A stretch of 63,998 nucleotides of DNA, counting the filler, from Perkinsus olseni (taxonomy: Eukaryota): assembly GCA_013115125.1 (NCBI GenBank). It is 3 parts of 3 records of this genome, joined end to end, with 100 filler letters (N's around TTAATTAATTAA, not from the genome) between each part and the next. Parts side by side here need not be neighbours in the genome. Positions count along the whole stretch, not along the records: positions 46,250 to 63,998 come from JABANN010000635.1; 2 more parts are not named here. One strand, 5' to 3'. This document shows, piece by piece, positions 61,612 through 63,998 of the stretch. Positions within the stretch are counted from its first letter, which is position 1. Every line of letters begins with the position of its first letter. The notes under the pieces were generated by a model. It ran no database searches, was not told the DNA's origin, and was given only the letters and a program-made list of their open reading frames with translations. The position numbers and the translations under genes were made by a program.

Positions 61612-63440
61612 TCATTTATAGGGTGATGGCCCATCACTGATGGGTAGATGACGTAAGGAACCGTGCCCCTCCGGGTGGGACTGGGGCCCAGGTAGGCCGT
61701 CTGCGCATGGGTTGGCGACTTTGATAGCGCCTGCCGTCGCAAGGAGCTCACAGTGGGCTTCACGACAATCGAATTGGTCATGGAAGATGATGGTCTGAAT
61801 GTCTTGGAATTCCTTGGCGTTTGAATACATCCGAGAGAATCGAAGTTAGAAAGAAGGTGAACTCCTCTGAATTCCGTCATACTCCACGTGCCTCCGTCAT
61901 CCCCCTATAGGAAGGTTGAAAACAACGACTTGCACGTATTATTGGTGCATCAGCAAACGCTCGTAGTGACCAACGGATTGCTGCGTTTATATCCAACGGG
62001 ATAAGGCCGAGGTTCTACGTCGACCGAATTCGGCATCGAACGCGAAACTAGAGCATCAAGCAAGACCAATAGAGCCTCTATGATAGAGGTCGCCCGCTGT
62101 CATTTCACAACATCCCTGCGTCAAGCCCACCATCCTCTGGCTAATGATCAAGTAGGCTACTCGCGTTTGATGGCGAGGCCCTCGAGTTGTTCCAGCACTA
62201 GAGGTGTGCTACATAAGAAAGTAAATGGGAACCGCAGTCAACGCAAGCAACTTGCAAGCAACCATTCATTGGTCGGCGTTGATCCTACTCGAACACAACA
62301 GGAGCTGACTGAGTAGCTGACCACTAACATCCACATACATTGCCGCGTTTCGACTTGCAGCAGACAAATGATTGATAAATATTTTCACATGGATAACAAA
62401 TTCCATGTCGAACTTGGTCTAGCCCGGCCTGGTTACCTCACATCGGTACCCAATTCTTCTATTATATTTCCAGCCGTGACGTTCAGCATCGAGCAAGGCT
62501 CCTTCAGCAGCCTCTTGGCAGGCGGCACACAAGTTCTTGAATGATTGACCGTAATGCTGCTGAAGACGACCGACCGCAGCCCAACACACATTCTCAAGTC
62601 TCTTCAACACTAGTCCAACGCCATTTTTCGCTTTGTTACTGTACCATCTCTCACGTCGAAGCGTTGTTTAGTGTAGAGGTAACGGTCGTAACCGTGGAAT
62701 CCACTATTCTTTATCCTAGGAGCCGAAGGACGCACCGCCGACAAGGCCGCGCTTCTCAGATCCTTCATTCCTTCGCTGATGCGAGTCACGTCGATCTTCT
62801 TGAGCGGATCCAAGCCGAGGGAGCTTTGAAAACCAAAAAAGAAGTTGCTCTCTTCCAAGGGACCATCGTAGTTCCTTCGATAGTCATGGATGCCTTCACC
62901 GCCGTGCCACCTAAGACCACCGCAGGAAGCAGTTTGTACTACCGGGAGACGCGAAGCCTCCAGTACTAACTACCACGACCTACTTCGCTTGAAACGCTGG
63001 CAGGTGTCTTTCATCGTCCGCAGGGCACCCAATGGTGCCGCTATGCAGCCCCTTCTCATCGACTGTGAAGATGAGATGACCTTGGGAATCCGGCTCACGC
63101 CTGTTGAAGTAGTCACCGGAGTAGCATTCCGCTTCCCTCGCGGAAGCATCGAACTGAGTACTACCATTCAGAGGGGGGTAGCCCTGAGCAGAAGAAGACA
63201 GTTGAGCGCCGATCATCAGGGTGTCCCATAGCCAACGATGCCTAATACAATTGACGTTTCGAAGAGCAATGGCTCGGCATAGGTTATCTTCTGGCGGACA
63301 GATTCCGCCGATAAGCCACCAAGGAGCGAGAATATTTTGGTGTCGACAACGGATATTGCAACGCCTGCGATTGGCTCGGATTTCACCTTCTCCGAGCACT
63401 CAGATGTAGCAGGCTCGAATAACTGTATTTCTGGCGACAA
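61612..63440 (-). pseudogene. Decayed DNA-transposon (MULE-like) transposase remnant
   Basis: Broken, intron-poor frames. ESNFFFGFQSSLGLDPLKK...GFHGYDRYLYT resembles the region before and around the first catalytic Asp of MULE transposases. A Cys cluster near 61930-61960 may be a SWIM remnant. Many stops and frameshifts. Confidence 0.4.
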
Positions 63441-63998
63441 TCCGTGAAAATGGCTACTACTAAATATCGTTGTCGACGAACTTGTATCTCGTCATCAAGG
63501 CACTTACGTCGAGTGGGCCGGCTCTAGCGCCGGTACGGATAGCTTCGGTGTGGGGTAAGTTGGGCAGGAACACTGCATAGAGAAATCCAGCTGCTGAGAC
63601 TCTCATGTTGTTGTTGACGAACCAACTGTAAACGGGCATTGAATGTTTTTACTATTGATAATGAGACTATCATTGATAGTTGCAACTGCGGCACCTCCTG
63701 AAGCCGAGGTGGTAGACTCGTAAGGATGAGCGCTGTCAGTGAGCTCCGCCTAATCAACGCCAAGTGAGACCAATACGACGGTCCAGAAGGGCACTGTCGC
63801 ATTAAGGGAGGCGACCCCCGGGGCATTTAAATGTCATCTAAGATGAGGCTGCGTATCCCCTCGTAACAAGCCATCATAACCGGAGACGGAATCACCAATC
63901 GGTGCGAGTGACACGCGCTCACCATTTGTCGCGGTACTGACTTGGATATCACTTAGGGGAAACTCAACAAGCGGATGTCTTGTGCCAGAATAAGCCAA

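Overview
Eukaryotic, gene-dense DNA with many short GT-AG introns. The style resembles a Perkinsus-like alveolate, which is an inference and not proven. Three contigs are joined by N-runs carrying a TTAATTAATTAA linker (23110-23209, 46150-46249). Contig 1 holds a partial SPX-domain gene, a cytoplasmic dynein-1 heavy chain that appears to stop at the yeast-like position without the C-terminal cap, a tepsin-like ENTH gene and condensin II kleisin CAP-H2. Contig 2 is accessory-like: three tandem copies of a small secreted-protein gene (one intact, two broken), a foldback/MULE-like element, a MITE, two orphan secreted genes, a long coiled-coil gene, tRNA-Thr(CGT) and a FAX/metaxin-type GST. Contig 3 holds a mucin-like tail, RBM19/MRD1, an AGXT2-like aminotransferase, a CCR4-family EEP nuclease with a probable Tyr/Trp-rich N-terminus and a decayed MULE-like transposase. 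The most unusual signal is a strong excess of perfect palindromes with exactly one unpaired central base (arms 7-32 bp). A paralog comparison shows one of them is a 14-nt insertion with the geometry of a hairpin-opening (P-nucleotide-like) excision or repair footprint. Exon boundaries were read by eye and are approximate.
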